64,000 nt of DNA from an uncultured Actinomycetes bacterium (GCA_963805545.1 CAWDUU010000012.1:6968-70967), one strand, 5' to 3'. Counted from the stretch's first letter, positions 29,024 through 38,622 are shown. The notes: generated from the letters alone by a model not told the origin. Made by a program: numbers and translations.

Positions 29024-29365
29024 GTGAACCGTACCGTCCGCCTCGAGCTCCCAAACGCGGCCGCTCGCTCGCCCGTCGCGGGCCAGGTCGTGCTCGCACT
29101 GGCGATCGCGTGCGGGGCCGGGCCGCTGGCCGGCGAGCGGCTGCGCCGTTCCGTGCAGGCGGCCGCGGCCGCCGCCCCCGGCTCGCTCGCCATCGACGCC
29201 GTCGCCGAGCGGGGCTTGCTCGACCTGACGTTCTCGGCCGATCCGGACGAGGGATGGGCGGACCGCGCCACGCAGCTGCTCGCCCAGCACGGCGCCGTGC
29301 GGACGGAGGACGGGGTGGAGCTGCGCGTCCAGCGGACGTCGCTCTTTCGCGTCGCGGATGTTTGA
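29024..29365 (+). CDS. Hypothetical protein, possibly a degenerate anti-sigma (HATPase-like) fold
   Basis: 113 aa; GGAG SD; immediately upstream of a sigma gene; weak resemblance to 34124..34456. Confidence 0.6.
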   Translation: MNRTVRLELPNAAARSPVAGQVVLALAIACGAGPLAGERLRRSVQAAAAAAPGSLAIDAVAERGLLDLTFSADPDEGWADRATQLLAQHGAVRTEDGVELRVQRTSLFRVADV

Positions 29366-29423
29366 CGAGGCGGCCGGACCGCACACACCTGGGGTGGAAC
29401 GCCACCGAAGGAGCACACCACCC

Positions 29424-30173
29424 ATGACGACGATCCACGCGACCACCACTCCAACCCCGCCGTCCAAGGAAGCTCTCGATCGTGACGCGCTCATCATGCG
29501 CCACGCCAAGCTGGTGCGCTCGATCGCACGCCGGTACGCGGGTCGCGGGCTTGCATACGAGGACATCGTCCAGAGCGGCTACATCGGGCTGATCCAGGCC
29601 GTGGACCGGTTCGACCCGCACCGCGGCGTCCCCCTCCGCGCGTACGCCGCCCGCACGATCGAGGGCGAGATCATGCACCTCTTCCGTGACCGCGGCTGGG
29701 CGCTCCGCGTCCCTCGCTCGCTCCAGGAGATGAGCCGGCGCATGGCCGTGCTCTCGGAGCGGATGAGCCACCGCCTCGGCCGGACGCCGACCGCGGAGGA
29801 GCTCGCAGAGGCCTCGGGCGAGGACGTCGAGCGCGTCTCGGAGGCGCTCTGGGCGCAGCGTGCCTACACCGTCGAGCCGCTCACCGAGACGCCCGTCGCC
29901 GACGACGGCGAGCGCTCCGGCGCGGCCGGCCGCGAGCTGAGCGTCGAGGAGCCCGGGTTCGAGGGAGTCCTGCGGCGCGAGACGCTCGAGCGCGCGATCC
30001 GCAAGCTGCCGCCGCGGGAGCGGGCGATCGTGGCGCTGCGGTTCCTGGACGACCTCACCCAGTCGGAGATCGCGGCGCGCATGAGCATCAGCCAGATGCA
30101 CGTGTCACGGCTGCTGCGGGCCTCGCTCGACCAGCTGCGCGAGGAGCTCCAGGCGCTCGACAGCGCCGCCTGA
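29424..30173 (+). CDS. SigB/SigF/SigG-family sigma factor (alternative start 29358)
   Basis: GLIQAVDRFDP, TIEGEIMHLFRD.GWALRVPR, LGRTPT, LRF..DLTQSEIA...SQMHVSRLL; GAAGGAG SD. Confidence 0.93.
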   Translation: MTTIHATTTPTPPSKEALDRDALIMRHAKLVRSIARRYAGRGLAYEDIVQSGYIGLIQAVDRFDPHRGVPLRAYAARTIEGEIMHLFRDRGWALRVPRSLQEMSRRMAVLSERMSHRLGRTPTAEELAEASGEDVERVSEALWAQRAYTVEPLTETPVADDGERSGAAGRELSVEEPGFEGVLRRETLERAIRKLPPRERAIVALRFLDDLTQSEIAARMSISQMHVSRLLRASLDQLREELQALDSAA

Positions 30174-30179
30174 GCATCG

Positions 30180-30500
30180 TCAGCCGGCGCGGATGACGTC
30201 GCCCGAGTCGAGGTCGATCTCGATTCGCTCGTCGTCCGGCGCGTCGGCCAGGGCGATCCCGTTGCGGCGGTAGTACTCGGGCTCGACCAGGTGCAGCGGC
30301 GAGGCGACCTCGATGCCGGCCGGGCCGGGGCTGGCGACGCCGGTGGGCAGGAACCTCCGGGTCCCGGATGCCAGCTCCACCTCGTAGCCCACGAGCCGCT
30401 CGAGCTCGGGGTCGAGGACGAGCTCGGACACGTGGCCGAGCACGTGCCTGCCGACCACGACAGGCGCGCTCAGCACGCTTGTCGCGGACCGGCGGTTCAC
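30180..30500 (-). CDS. PRC-barrel domain protein
   Basis: PV...LGHVSELVLDP...LVGYEV...RFLP; SigB-type promoter 9 nt upstream. Confidence 0.7.
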   Translation of the reverse strand: MNRRSATSVLSAPVVVGRHVLGHVSELVLDPELERLVGYEVELASGTRRFLPTGVASPGPAGIEVASPLHLVEPEYYRRNGIALADAPDDERIEIDLDSGDVIRAG

Positions 30501-30538
30501 GCGCGGCTCATTCCCGCTCGGGCCCGCGGCGAAACCGG

Positions 30539-30901
30539 CTACGACGTGCCGGCCGCGGCGATGGCGTCCTCGCGCGACGGCCGCGTCGAGAGCTTCGCAT
30601 CCAATCCGGTCAGCGTGAGCAGCCGGTGGACGCCGTGCCCCGACGAATCCGCGACCGCAATCGCGAACCCGGCGCCGCGCTCCGCGGCCCGCTCCTGGGC
30701 GGTGATCAGCACCCTCAGCACCGCCGAGTCGATGAACGTGGTCTGCGACAGGTCGATCGCCAGGCCCGATGCCGTCTCGAGGCACGAGTCGATCCTGCGG
30801 CTCACGTCCGTCGCGGTTGACAGGTCGTGCTCGCCCGTGAGCGTGACGACGTCGACGACGCCGATCCGCTCGACATCGATGCCGTTGGCGCCGTTCGTCA
30901 T
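30539..30901 (-). CDS. STAS anti-sigma factor antagonist
   Basis: LTGEHDLST, IDLSQTTFIDSAVL, RLLTLTGL; TAACCT 7 nt before ATG. Confidence 0.9.
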   Translation of the reverse strand: MTNGANGIDVERIGVVDVVTLTGEHDLSTATDVSRRIDSCLETASGLAIDLSQTTFIDSAVLRVLITAQERAAERGAGFAIAVADSSGHGVHRLLTLTGLDAKLSTRPSREDAIAAAGTS

Positions 30902-30928
30902 CCAGGGGAGGTTAGCCAACGGGCGAGA

Positions 30929-31333
30929 TCATTCAGCCGGGTTCCTGAGAGAGAAGCGCATGCGGATCTCGGTGCCGCCGCCGTCGGGCGAGTCGATCTC
31001 GACGGACTGGGCGATCGCCGCGATGACAGGCAGGCCGACCCCGAGCCCCGGGGTGTCGACGCGGGGCGCCATGCCGCCGCCGTGGTCGCGCACAGTCACC
31101 ACGAGGCCGCCGTCGACGTGGCTTGCGGTCACGTGGATCGCGCCGGCCCGGTTTGGATAGGCGTGCACCACCGCGTTGGTGCACGCCTCGGTGACCGCGA
31201 GCGCGATGTCGGCGGTCACGTCGTCGGGAACTTCGAGGCCGGAGAGCAGCCCGCGCAGCGCGTGACGAACGAGCGGCACGCCCGCGGCGGCCGCGGCTAT
31301 CTCGATCTCAATCCGTTCCGACACCGTCTCCAT
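30929..31333 (-). CDS. rsbW: RsbW-type anti-sigma factor/serine kinase (intact motifs)
   Basis: LAVTEACTNAVVHAY, VRDHGGG, GLGVGL, GGTEIRM. Confidence 0.88.
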   Translation of the reverse strand: METVSERIEIEIAAAAAGVPLVRHALRGLLSGLEVPDDVTADIALAVTEACTNAVVHAYPNRAGAIHVTASHVDGGLVVTVRDHGGGMAPRVDTPGLGVGLPVIAAIAQSVEIDSPDGGGTEIRMRFSLRNPAE

Positions 31334-31369
31334 CCGCGGAGGATACCCCGGTGCATGCACCGAGAATCC

Positions 31370-34078
31370 TCACCCCGAGGCGGCGATCCGCAGGACGACG
31401 ACGGCGATGTCGTCGGCGGGGGCAACCGGCTGGAACTCGAGCACCGCCCGCTCGATCCGCTCGGCGATGCCGGTCGCCGAGAGCCCCGAGGACGCCGCCA
31501 CCACCTCGCGCAGGCGCTCCTCGCCGAACTGCTCGCCGTCGCGGCGCTCCTCGACGACCCCGTCGGTGTAGAAGATCACCGACTCGCCCGGCTCGAGCAC
31601 CGTCTCGCGGTCACGCACGTCGATGTCGGGGTAGATGCCGAGCAGCGTCCCCGGCGCGGTCGCGTCCTCGACGGTGCCGTCGTTGCGAAGCACCAGCGGT
31701 GCGGGGTGCCCGCCGGCGCACGCGGTGAGCAGGGCGCCGCGCTCGTGCGCGGTCAGGCGCCCCGCTGCCACGGTGCAGAAGCTCTCCTCGCGGACCTCCC
31801 CCAGGAGGGCCCGGTTCAGCCGCTCGAGGATCGCGCGCGGCGACGACTCCCGGAAGGCGGCGGCCCGCAGCGTGTGCCGCGCGAGCCCGGTGATCGCGGC
31901 GGCCGCGGCGCCCTTGCCGCACACGTCGCCGATGACGATCGCCCAGCCGCCGTCGCCCGTCTCGAACGCGTCGTAGAAGTCGCCGCCGATCTCCGACCCG
32001 GCGCCGGCCGGGTGATAGATGGCGGCGAGCTCGGCGTAGGGGATGTCGGGGAGCGTCGGGGGCAGGAGCGTTCGCTGGAGCGTCCGGGCCACCTGGTCGC
32101 GGTCCTGGTAGAGGCGGGCGGTGTCGACCGCGGTGGCGGCGCGGCGCGCCAGCTCCGTGGCAAACGCCAGGTCGGCGTCGTCGTAGCGGCGATCGGAGAG
32201 CGACGTCGCGAGGGTGATCACGCCGTGCGTGCGCCCGCGGCTTCGCAGCGGCACGACCATGGCCGAGCGCAGGCCGAGCCGCTCGAGCGCCGCCAGGCGG
32301 TCCGCGTCGCCGGGCGCGACCAGGGAGTCCGCGGTGGCGTCGGCGGCGAGCTCCGCGAGGCCGCTCCTCGCCACCCGGCTCGCCGCCCGTTCGCCGTCTC
32401 CGAGCCCGGCGAGCTCCTCCACGACGCCGGTCATGCCCGGGTCGGCGTGGGCGGCGATGCCCGCCGCGGGCTCGCCCGTCACCTCGATCAGGCACCAGTC
32501 GGCGAGCCACGGGACGAGCACCCGGGCGAGGCTCGCGAGCGCGGAGCGGTAATCGAGCGACTCACCCAGCACCTCGCTCGCCTCGGCCAGGAGCGTGAGC
32601 CGGCCCCGGGCGAGCGTCTCGGCCGCGTACAGGTGGGCGTGGTCGACGGCGAGGGCGATCCGGCCCGCGGCCAGCCGGATCAGCTCGATGTCGTCGGGCG
32701 AGAACTGGCGCCGCTCGACGGAGCCGACCTGCACGACGCCGAGCATGCGGTGGCCGATTCGAAGCGGCGCGCCGAGCATGCTGCGCACGCCGGCCGCGCG
32801 AAGCGACGCGTTCACGAAATCGGACGGCCCGAGGTCGTGGAACGCCATCGGCTCGACCGATTCGGCGATCCGGCCGGCGACGCCCGTTCCGAACAGGATC
32901 CGCAGCGGGCCCGGCGAGACCTCGAAGCCGAGCGCGGCCCGCATCTCGAGAGCTGTGCCGGAGATGTCGGTCAGGAGCACGGCGGCCGAGTCCGTCCCGA
33001 GCTCGGAGTGGAGCCTGTCGAGCACCTCCGGCAGGAGGTCGTCGAGGTCGAGGTGGGCCAGCGCCGCGTCGGTGATCCGCTGGAGGCTGCGCGCGACCTG
33101 GGCGGCCTCGCGCGCCTCGCGCAGCAGGTTCGCCGCGTCGAGGGCGAGCGCAACGCGGCGGGCGATGTCCTCGGCCATCGCCAGCTCGGGCGGGCCGAAC
33201 GGCGCGCGCTCGCTCCCCCCCGCCAGGAGCATCACGCCCAGCACGCGGCCGCGGGCCGCGAGCGGCACGAACATCGCCGAGCGCACGCCGAGCCGCCGCA
33301 CGATGTCGAGATGCGTCTCGTCGCGGACGCGCTCGCGCAGGGCCGCCCCGGTCAGGTTGGCGACGACCTCCGCCCGGCTCTCGCCGAGGACGCGCCGGAT
33401 GTGCGGGGCATCGGTGCTCGGCGGATACGGGCGCAGGCGTTCGGCGAGCTCGGCCTGCTCGGGCCGCGCATGGGCGACCGCGGCCCGCTCCAGCCGGCCG
33501 TCTGCGTCGAGCAGGTCGATCACGACGAGGTCGGCGAGCCACGCCGCGGCGATCCGCGCAACGCTCTGGAGGCCGGCCCGCGCGTCGACGGAAGCCGCCA
33601 GGATCTCGCTCGTCTGCACCAGGAGCTCAAGGCGCCGGCCGCGGTCGGCCTCCGCCGCCCGCTCCGCTTCGATGGCGACCGCCACGACACCCACCGCCCG
33701 GCCGTCGGCGTCGGTCAGCGGCCCGACCGCCGCGTGCACGCGAAGCGGCGACCCGTCCCCGCGGCGGACGTCGAACTCACCCTGCCACGCGCGGCCCGCC
33801 GCGGCCCGCTCACCGATCTGGCGCGCGAGCCCGTGCCGGTTCTCGGGGATGACGAGCTCGAGCAGCGACCGTCCGACCGCGGCCTCCGCCGCGATGCCGA
33901 ACAGTCGCTCGGCGGCGGGATTCCAGACGGCGACCCGAAGGCCGGTGTCCACGGCTACGACGGCTGTCGGAGCCTGGCCGATCACATCCGCCGCCACGAT
34001 GTCCTCGATGACGTGCATGGGGCCCCCGGAGCTTGTCTCTGGACCGTTCACGCTATCGGCGGCCACGAGGTGTGTCAA
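31370..34078 (-). CDS. PP2C/SpoIIE phosphatase (RsbU-like) with PAS and three GAF domains
   Basis: WNPAAERLFG PAS; three GAF segments; GGDFYD, GDVCGKG, AGGHP, FYTDGV, DDIAVV. Confidence 0.93.
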   Translation of the reverse strand: MTHLVAADSVNGPETSSGGPMHVIEDIVAADVIGQAPTAVVAVDTGLRVAVWNPAAERLFGIAAEAAVGRSLLELVIPENRHGLARQIGERAAAGRAWQGEFDVRRGDGSPLRVHAAVGPLTDADGRAVGVVAVAIEAERAAEADRGRRLELLVQTSEILAASVDARAGLQSVARIAAAWLADLVVIDLLDADGRLERAAVAHARPEQAELAERLRPYPPSTDAPHIRRVLGESRAEVVANLTGAALRERVRDETHLDIVRRLGVRSAMFVPLAARGRVLGVMLLAGGSERAPFGPPELAMAEDIARRVALALDAANLLREAREAAQVARSLQRITDAALAHLDLDDLLPEVLDRLHSELGTDSAAVLLTDISGTALEMRAALGFEVSPGPLRILFGTGVAGRIAESVEPMAFHDLGPSDFVNASLRAAGVRSMLGAPLRIGHRMLGVVQVGSVERRQFSPDDIELIRLAAGRIALAVDHAHLYAAETLARGRLTLLAEASEVLGESLDYRSALASLARVLVPWLADWCLIEVTGEPAAGIAAHADPGMTGVVEELAGLGDGERAASRVARSGLAELAADATADSLVAPGDADRLAALERLGLRSAMVVPLRSRGRTHGVITLATSLSDRRYDDADLAFATELARRAATAVDTARLYQDRDQVARTLQRTLLPPTLPDIPYAELAAIYHPAGAGSEIGGDFYDAFETGDGGWAIVIGDVCGKGAAAAAITGLARHTLRAAAFRESSPRAILERLNRALLGEVREESFCTVAAGRLTAHERGALLTACAGGHPAPLVLRNDGTVEDATAPGTLLGIYPDIDVRDRETVLEPGESVIFYTDGVVEERRDGEQFGEERLREVVAASSGLSATGIAERIERAVLEFQPVAPADDIAVVVLRIAASG

Positions 34079-34123
34079 CGCGCGTCGGTCACGGCTCGCT
34101 GAGGGCCGCTGTACGCTCCGGCC

Positions 34124-34456
34124 ATGGCGACTGCACCACCCGAGGACGTCCGCATGCGTGCGTCCGATCCCACCTTGGCAAAGGCGGTCGTGGAGCCCGT
34201 GCTGCTCGCGCTCGGTGTCCGCGCCGGGCTCGACGTCGGGCGGCTTGACGAGCTCGCGATCGCGCTCGGCATCGCGATCGGCTCCGCCGTGCCCGGCCCG
34301 GTGACGACCGACCTGCGGCGCGCCGGCACGCGCATCAGCGTCACGGTCTCACCCGTCGCCGCGGAACGCCTCCGGGGCCGGCGGGTGCTGCTCGAGGGCC
34401 TTTCGGCGTCCGTCGTCGAGGACGGCGACGCGATCGCGCTCACGCTCGATGCCTGA
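34124..34456 (+). CDS. Degenerate anti-sigma-like protein
   Basis: ALGVRAGLDVGRLDELAIAL resembles the RsbW N-terminal helices; no N/G boxes; TACGCT 6 nt upstream; 8-nt overlap with sigma gene. Confidence 0.6.
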   Translation: MATAPPEDVRMRASDPTLAKAVVEPVLLALGVRAGLDVGRLDELAIALGIAIGSAVPGPVTTDLRRAGTRISVTVSPVAAERLRGRRVLLEGLSASVVEDGDAIALTLDA

Positions 34457-35138
34457 CCAGGCGGACGCGCTCGCAGCGCGCGCGGCAGCCGGCGACGCGG
34501 AGGCCCGCGACGAGCTCGTCGAGCGGGTCATGCCGATGGTGTCGCGGCTCGCGCGCCGGTTCGAGGGGCGGGTGCCGCGCGAGGATCTCGAGCAGGCCGG
34601 CGTGGTCGGCGTCCTCTCGGCCATCTCCGGCTACGACCCCGGCCGGGGCACGGCCTTCGCGACCTACGCGACGCCGTTTGCCGCCGGCGAGATGCTGGCG
34701 GTGGTGCGCGGCATCGCGCCCGTGCACGTCTCGCGGACCGGCCGCGACCTGGCCGCCGCCGTCGAGTCGGCAGCCGACGCCGTCGCCGCCGAGAAGGGCC
34801 GGGCACCGTCGCCGGCCGAGATCGCGGCGGCGGCCGGGCTCGACGAGGAGGAGGTCGTGACGGGCCTCGCGGCCCGCCGCGCCCTGGCGCCGCCGGCCCC
34901 GGACACCGTGATCGAGGATGCCGCCGGGGCCGAGGACGCCGCAGAGGCGCTCGAGGCCCGGCTGGCCGTCGGGCACGTGCTCGACCGGTTCGACGCCCGG
35001 TCGCGCGCGATCCTCGTCATGCGGTTCGGGCTCGAGTTGAGCCAGGCCGAGATCGGCGAGCGGATGGGCATCTCGCAGATGCACGTCTCGCGGCTCCTGC
35101 GCGCGGCGCTCGCCGACCTCGACAGGCTGCTGGAGTGA
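34449..35138 (+). CDS. Second SigB/SigF-like sigma factor, divergent region 2
   Basis: EDLEQAGVVG...YDPGRGTAFATYA; GRAPSPAEIA; LSQAEIGERMGISQMHVSRLLR. Confidence 0.88.
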   Translation: MPDQADALAARAAAGDAEARDELVERVMPMVSRLARRFEGRVPREDLEQAGVVGVLSAISGYDPGRGTAFATYATPFAAGEMLAVVRGIAPVHVSRTGRDLAAAVESAADAVAAEKGRAPSPAEIAAAAGLDEEEVVTGLAARRALAPPAPDTVIEDAAGAEDAAEALEARLAVGHVLDRFDARSRAILVMRFGLELSQAEIGERMGISQMHVSRLLRAALADLDRLLE

Positions 35139-35141
35139 GCG

Positions 35142-35167
35142 GCGGGCGGCCCTCGCGGGCCGCCCGC
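35142..35167 (+). terminator. GC-rich hairpin after sigma gene
   Basis: GCGGGCGGCCC-TCGC-GGGCCGCCCGC, 11-bp stem, no U tract. Confidence 0.6.
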
Positions 35168-35282
35168 TCTCCCCCCAACCCAGGGGAGATCTCGGAATCC
35201 GCGCATGGGACGTACCCCGAGCCGGGCCCAGCGAAACGATTGCCGAGCGCAGCTTCCTTCGTTATACGATATATTGCGGACG

Positions 35283-35456
35283 ATGGGTGACTTGGTCGGT
35301 CTGATTCTCGCGGTCACCTCGGTGGCGATCCTGGCGAGCGCCGCGGCCGTGCTCGGGGCGGTCATCGCCGTCGTGCGGGCCGATCACGAACACCCTGTCG
35401 CTCATCGCTGGGTCAGCTGGTACTCGCAGCACGCCGGGTCGCGTTACCGTCACTAG
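35283..35456 (+). CDS. Small single-TM protein (57 aa)
   Basis: MGDLVGLILAVTSVAILASAAAVLGAVIAVVRADHEHPVAHRWVSWYSQH; AT-rich TATACGATATATT directly upstream. Confidence 0.55.
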   Translation: MGDLVGLILAVTSVAILASAAAVLGAVIAVVRADHEHPVAHRWVSWYSQHAGSRYRH

Positions 35457-35498
35457 CAGTGCGGGAGCAACCGGCCGGCGTCCTCGGCGACGGGTCAG

Positions 35499-35588
35499 CG
35501 GAGAGGGAGGGATTCGAACCCTCGATGGAGGTTTACCCCCCATACCCACTTAGCAGGCGGGCGCCTTAAGCCGCTCGGCCACCTCTCC
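35499..35588 (-). tRNA. tRNA-Ser(GCT)
   Basis: Acceptor GGAGAGG/CCTCTCC, anticodon arm CCCGC-CTGCTAA-GTGGG, long variable arm, TTCGAAT loop. Confidence 0.97.
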
Positions 35589-35646
35589 GGGCACGGGGCC
35601 CCGCACGGCCAAACGCGCCGAACCCCGCTCAGTACGATACCGCCTC

Positions 35647-36720
35647 ATGTGGCGGCGCGTCCTCGTCGTATGGTCGGCCAGCCGCCTCGCGGTCTTGAGC
35701 CTCGGGCTGCTTCTCACGACGCAGCTCGGCTGGCACCGCGCGCTCGAGCCGTGGCAGACCAAGTTCTTCCGCTCGATCACCGGCTGGGACTCGGTCTACT
35801 ACCTGAAGCTCTCGCACACGGGCTACCACCCCGGCAAGGACGTGGCGTTCTTCCCGCTCTACCCGGCGACGATCTGGGCGACGCGCGAGGTGGTGCACGT
35901 GGGCGACGCGGTGGCCGCGGTCGCGGTCTCGAACCTCGCGCTCCTGGCCGGGCTCGCCGGCATGTACGTCCTGGCGCGGGACCGGCTGAGCGAGGACCAC
36001 GCCCGCCGCGGCATCCTCTACCTCGTCCTCTCGCCGTACGCGTTCGCACTGGCGATGGCGTACTCCGAGGGGCTCTTCCTGGCGCTTGCGACGTGGCTCT
36101 TCGTCCTGTCCGACCGCCGCCGGGACGCCTGGGCGATCCCGCTCGCGTTCGCCGCCGGCCTGACCCGCGTGACCGGGCTCGCCCTGGTCGCGCCGCTCGC
36201 GCTTCGGGCCTGGCGGCGGAGGACGGTTGGGTCGTGGGCGCTCGCCGCCGCGCCGATCGCGGCGTTCGCCGCCCATGCGGCCTGGCTTCAGCACGCGGTC
36301 GGCGACCCGCTGGCGATGGTGCATGCGCAGCGCCGCTGGGGCGGGCATCCGTCGATCCCGCCCGTGAGCCTGGTCGACCAGTTCCTCGACTTTGCCCGCA
36401 CGCACGACGTCTTCTTCCTGATCATCGGGGTCACGTTCATCGCCTATCTGGCGCTGCTCGTGCCGATCCTGCGCCGCGACCTCTTCGCGCCGACCAGGTG
36501 GGAGGACGTGCTGTTCGTCGTGGGGATCTTCGCGATGCCGCTCCTCTCGGGCGTCCTTCAGTCGTCGGGCCGGTTCGGCCTTGTCGCGTTTCCGCTGGCG
36601 TTCGCGATGGCCGACCTGGGCCTGCGCAGCGAGCGCGTGCACCGGGCGTACGTCGTCTACGCCCCGACCGCCCAGATCATCCTGTTCGCCGCCGCCGCCC
36701 TCGGCTACCGGCCGCCGTAG
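35647..36720 (+). CDS. GT-C mannosyltransferase (PIG-V-like)
   Basis: WDSVYY...GY...AFFPLYP, YSEGLFL, TRVTG; multi-TM. Confidence 0.87.
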   Translation: MWRRVLVVWSASRLAVLSLGLLLTTQLGWHRALEPWQTKFFRSITGWDSVYYLKLSHTGYHPGKDVAFFPLYPATIWATREVVHVGDAVAAVAVSNLALLAGLAGMYVLARDRLSEDHARRGILYLVLSPYAFALAMAYSEGLFLALATWLFVLSDRRRDAWAIPLAFAAGLTRVTGLALVAPLALRAWRRRTVGSWALAAAPIAAFAAHAAWLQHAVGDPLAMVHAQRRWGGHPSIPPVSLVDQFLDFARTHDVFFLIIGVTFIAYLALLVPILRRDLFAPTRWEDVLFVVGIFAMPLLSGVLQSSGRFGLVAFPLAFAMADLGLRSERVHRAYVVYAPTAQIILFAAAALGYRPP

Positions 36721-36723
36721 CTC

Positions 36724-38619
36724 CTACCGCACCCGGAACGTCGTGCTGCCGATGAAGGTGCCCTCGGGCTGCGTGGCCGGATAGGCGTACAGGAAGAGCG
36801 TGTAGGTGAGCCCGTGGCGCAGCCGCCGCCCGCCGCTGAAGGTGAACGACCTGGCGTGGAGCGAGCGCTTCTGCTGCACCTGGTCGCCGGCGTGGAAGAG
36901 CAGGAACGAGTAGCCGAACAGGGTGGAGTGGGGGAGCCACACCGCGGTCGGCGTCGTGTCGCTGATCACGCCGTGGTCCATCGGCGTGCAGATCTGGCCG
37001 GTGTGCAGGCGCAGGATGACGCCGCGGGAGTGGTTGAGCGTCCCGGGCCGCGTGCGCGACCGGTAGAGCGCGAAGACCCGGTACTGGTAGGTGGTGAAGT
37101 GCCGCAGCCCGCGGTCGTGCAGGACGCCGGCGCCGTGGGGAAGCCGGGTTCCGTCGTGCGGCCCGGCGGGGATGTGCGTCCGGCGGCGGACGATCACGGT
37201 GCGGTCGAAACGGCGCGAAGAGCCGCCGCGGCGCCAGGTCAGCTTGGTCGCGTCGCACCCCACCGCGCCGTGGACGGCGACGTCGTCCCTGGGGTAGGTC
37301 GACCTTCCCGTCAGCGCGACCGAGTGGGGCGAGTTGGGGCCGTCGTCGTTCACCTCGAGGGACGCGGCCTTCAGGCCGACCTCGTTGGGGGCGAACCTGA
37401 CCGTCTCGGTGCACGTGCCGTCGGCGGGGAGCGTGCTCCCCCGGCAGGTGCCGCCCGTGATGCGGAAGCTCCGCGGATTCTGCCCGGTGAGATGGACGCT
37501 CGAGATGATGAGCGGGCCGTTCGTGCGGTTCGTGAGCGTGATCGTCTTGGCACTCGAAAGCGTGCCGGCGTGACGGGGCCGCTTGAAGGGGATCGGGGCG
37601 GGCGTGAAGACGATCGCCGACGCCGTCCCCGTCCCGAAGAGGCTGACCGAGTCAGGCCCGTTCGTCGCGTCGGAGTTGATCTGGAGCGTGGCGGATACGG
37701 CGCCGGTCATCGTCGGCGCGAACGAGACCGTGACCGTGCACTGGGCCCCCGGTTGGAGCGGAGAGGCATTCTGGCAGGTGTCGCTGATCGTGAACTGGAA
37801 CGGATTGGTCCCGCCGAGCGACGGCACCCCGACGGTCAGGCTCTCGCTGCCCGTGTTGGTGACGGTCACCGTTCGCGTCGCGGATGCCGTGGACACCGGC
37901 TCGTTTCCGAACGCGATCGAGCCGGGCGACACGCCGATCGTGTTCGTCGTGCCGCGGCCGCTCAGCGACACATCATGGCCGGCCACGGTCAGCGTGCCGG
38001 TCTGGGTGCCGGCGGCGTTCGGCGAGAAGACGACGTCGATGGTGCAGTTCGACCCTGCCGAGAGGGTGTTGTTGCCGTTCAGGCCGCCGCAGCCGGAGAT
38101 GTTGTAGTCGGCCTGGTTGGTGAGCCCGAGGTTCAGGTCGACGGCGTGGTTGCTCGAGTTCGTGGCCGTGACCGGCAGCGGCGAGCTGTTCGTGCCGACG
38201 CGCTGGTTTCCGAAGTTGAGCGAGCCAGGCTGCACGGCGATCGGGTCGGTGCCGGTGCCGGTCAGCGCGAAGCTGTCGGAGCCGGCCGACCCCTCGTCAA
38301 CGGTCAGGGTGCCGTTGGCGGCTCCCTGTGACGTGGGGTGGTAGCGGACGTCGAAGCTGCACTGCGATCCGTCGGCAAGCATGCCGCCACAGCCGTCGCT
38401 CACGACGCTGAACGGGCCGGTGTTCCCGGCGTCGGCCTGGATGCTGACATCGACGCCGCTGCCGTTCGTGATCGTCTCGGTGATGTCCTTCGAGTCCCCG
38501 GCGGCCACGGAACCGAAGTGCAGGTCGCCGGGGTCAACCGCGACGCCGCCCGCACCGAGGGCGCTCGACCCGCCGGCCGTGGCGAGGACGAATGCGACGA
38601 CGAGGATGAGCTTGCGCAC
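36724..38619 (-). CDS. Secreted protein with four Ig-like (ASH/choice-of-anchor D) repeats and FN3-like C-terminus
   Basis: Signal peptide; 4x P.sL.FG...TvTN...C...L..G..C...V.F.P...L.G.G. Confidence 0.85.
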   Translation of the reverse strand: MRKLILVVAFVLATAGGSSALGAGGVAVDPGDLHFGSVAAGDSKDITETITNGSGVDVSIQADAGNTGPFSVVSDGCGGMLADGSQCSFDVRYHPTSQGAANGTLTVDEGSAGSDSFALTGTGTDPIAVQPGSLNFGNQRVGTNSSPLPVTATNSSNHAVDLNLGLTNQADYNISGCGGLNGNNTLSAGSNCTIDVVFSPNAAGTQTGTLTVAGHDVSLSGRGTTNTIGVSPGSIAFGNEPVSTASATRTVTVTNTGSESLTVGVPSLGGTNPFQFTISDTCQNASPLQPGAQCTVTVSFAPTMTGAVSATLQINSDATNGPDSVSLFGTGTASAIVFTPAPIPFKRPRHAGTLSSAKTITLTNRTNGPLIISSVHLTGQNPRSFRITGGTCRGSTLPADGTCTETVRFAPNEVGLKAASLEVNDDGPNSPHSVALTGRSTYPRDDVAVHGAVGCDATKLTWRRGGSSRRFDRTVIVRRRTHIPAGPHDGTRLPHGAGVLHDRGLRHFTTYQYRVFALYRSRTRPGTLNHSRGVILRLHTGQICTPMDHGVISDTTPTAVWLPHSTLFGYSFLLFHAGDQVQQKRSLHARSFTFSGGRRLRHGLTYTLFLYAYPATQPEGTFIGSTTFRVR

Positions 38620-38622
38620 GGG

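Noticed and set aside
10684-35588. Near-identical 30-nt 3' ends of two tRNA-Ser genes as att sites of a 25-kb island
   Set aside because: Both are complete tRNAs with different anticodons; no integrase or obvious compositional shift.
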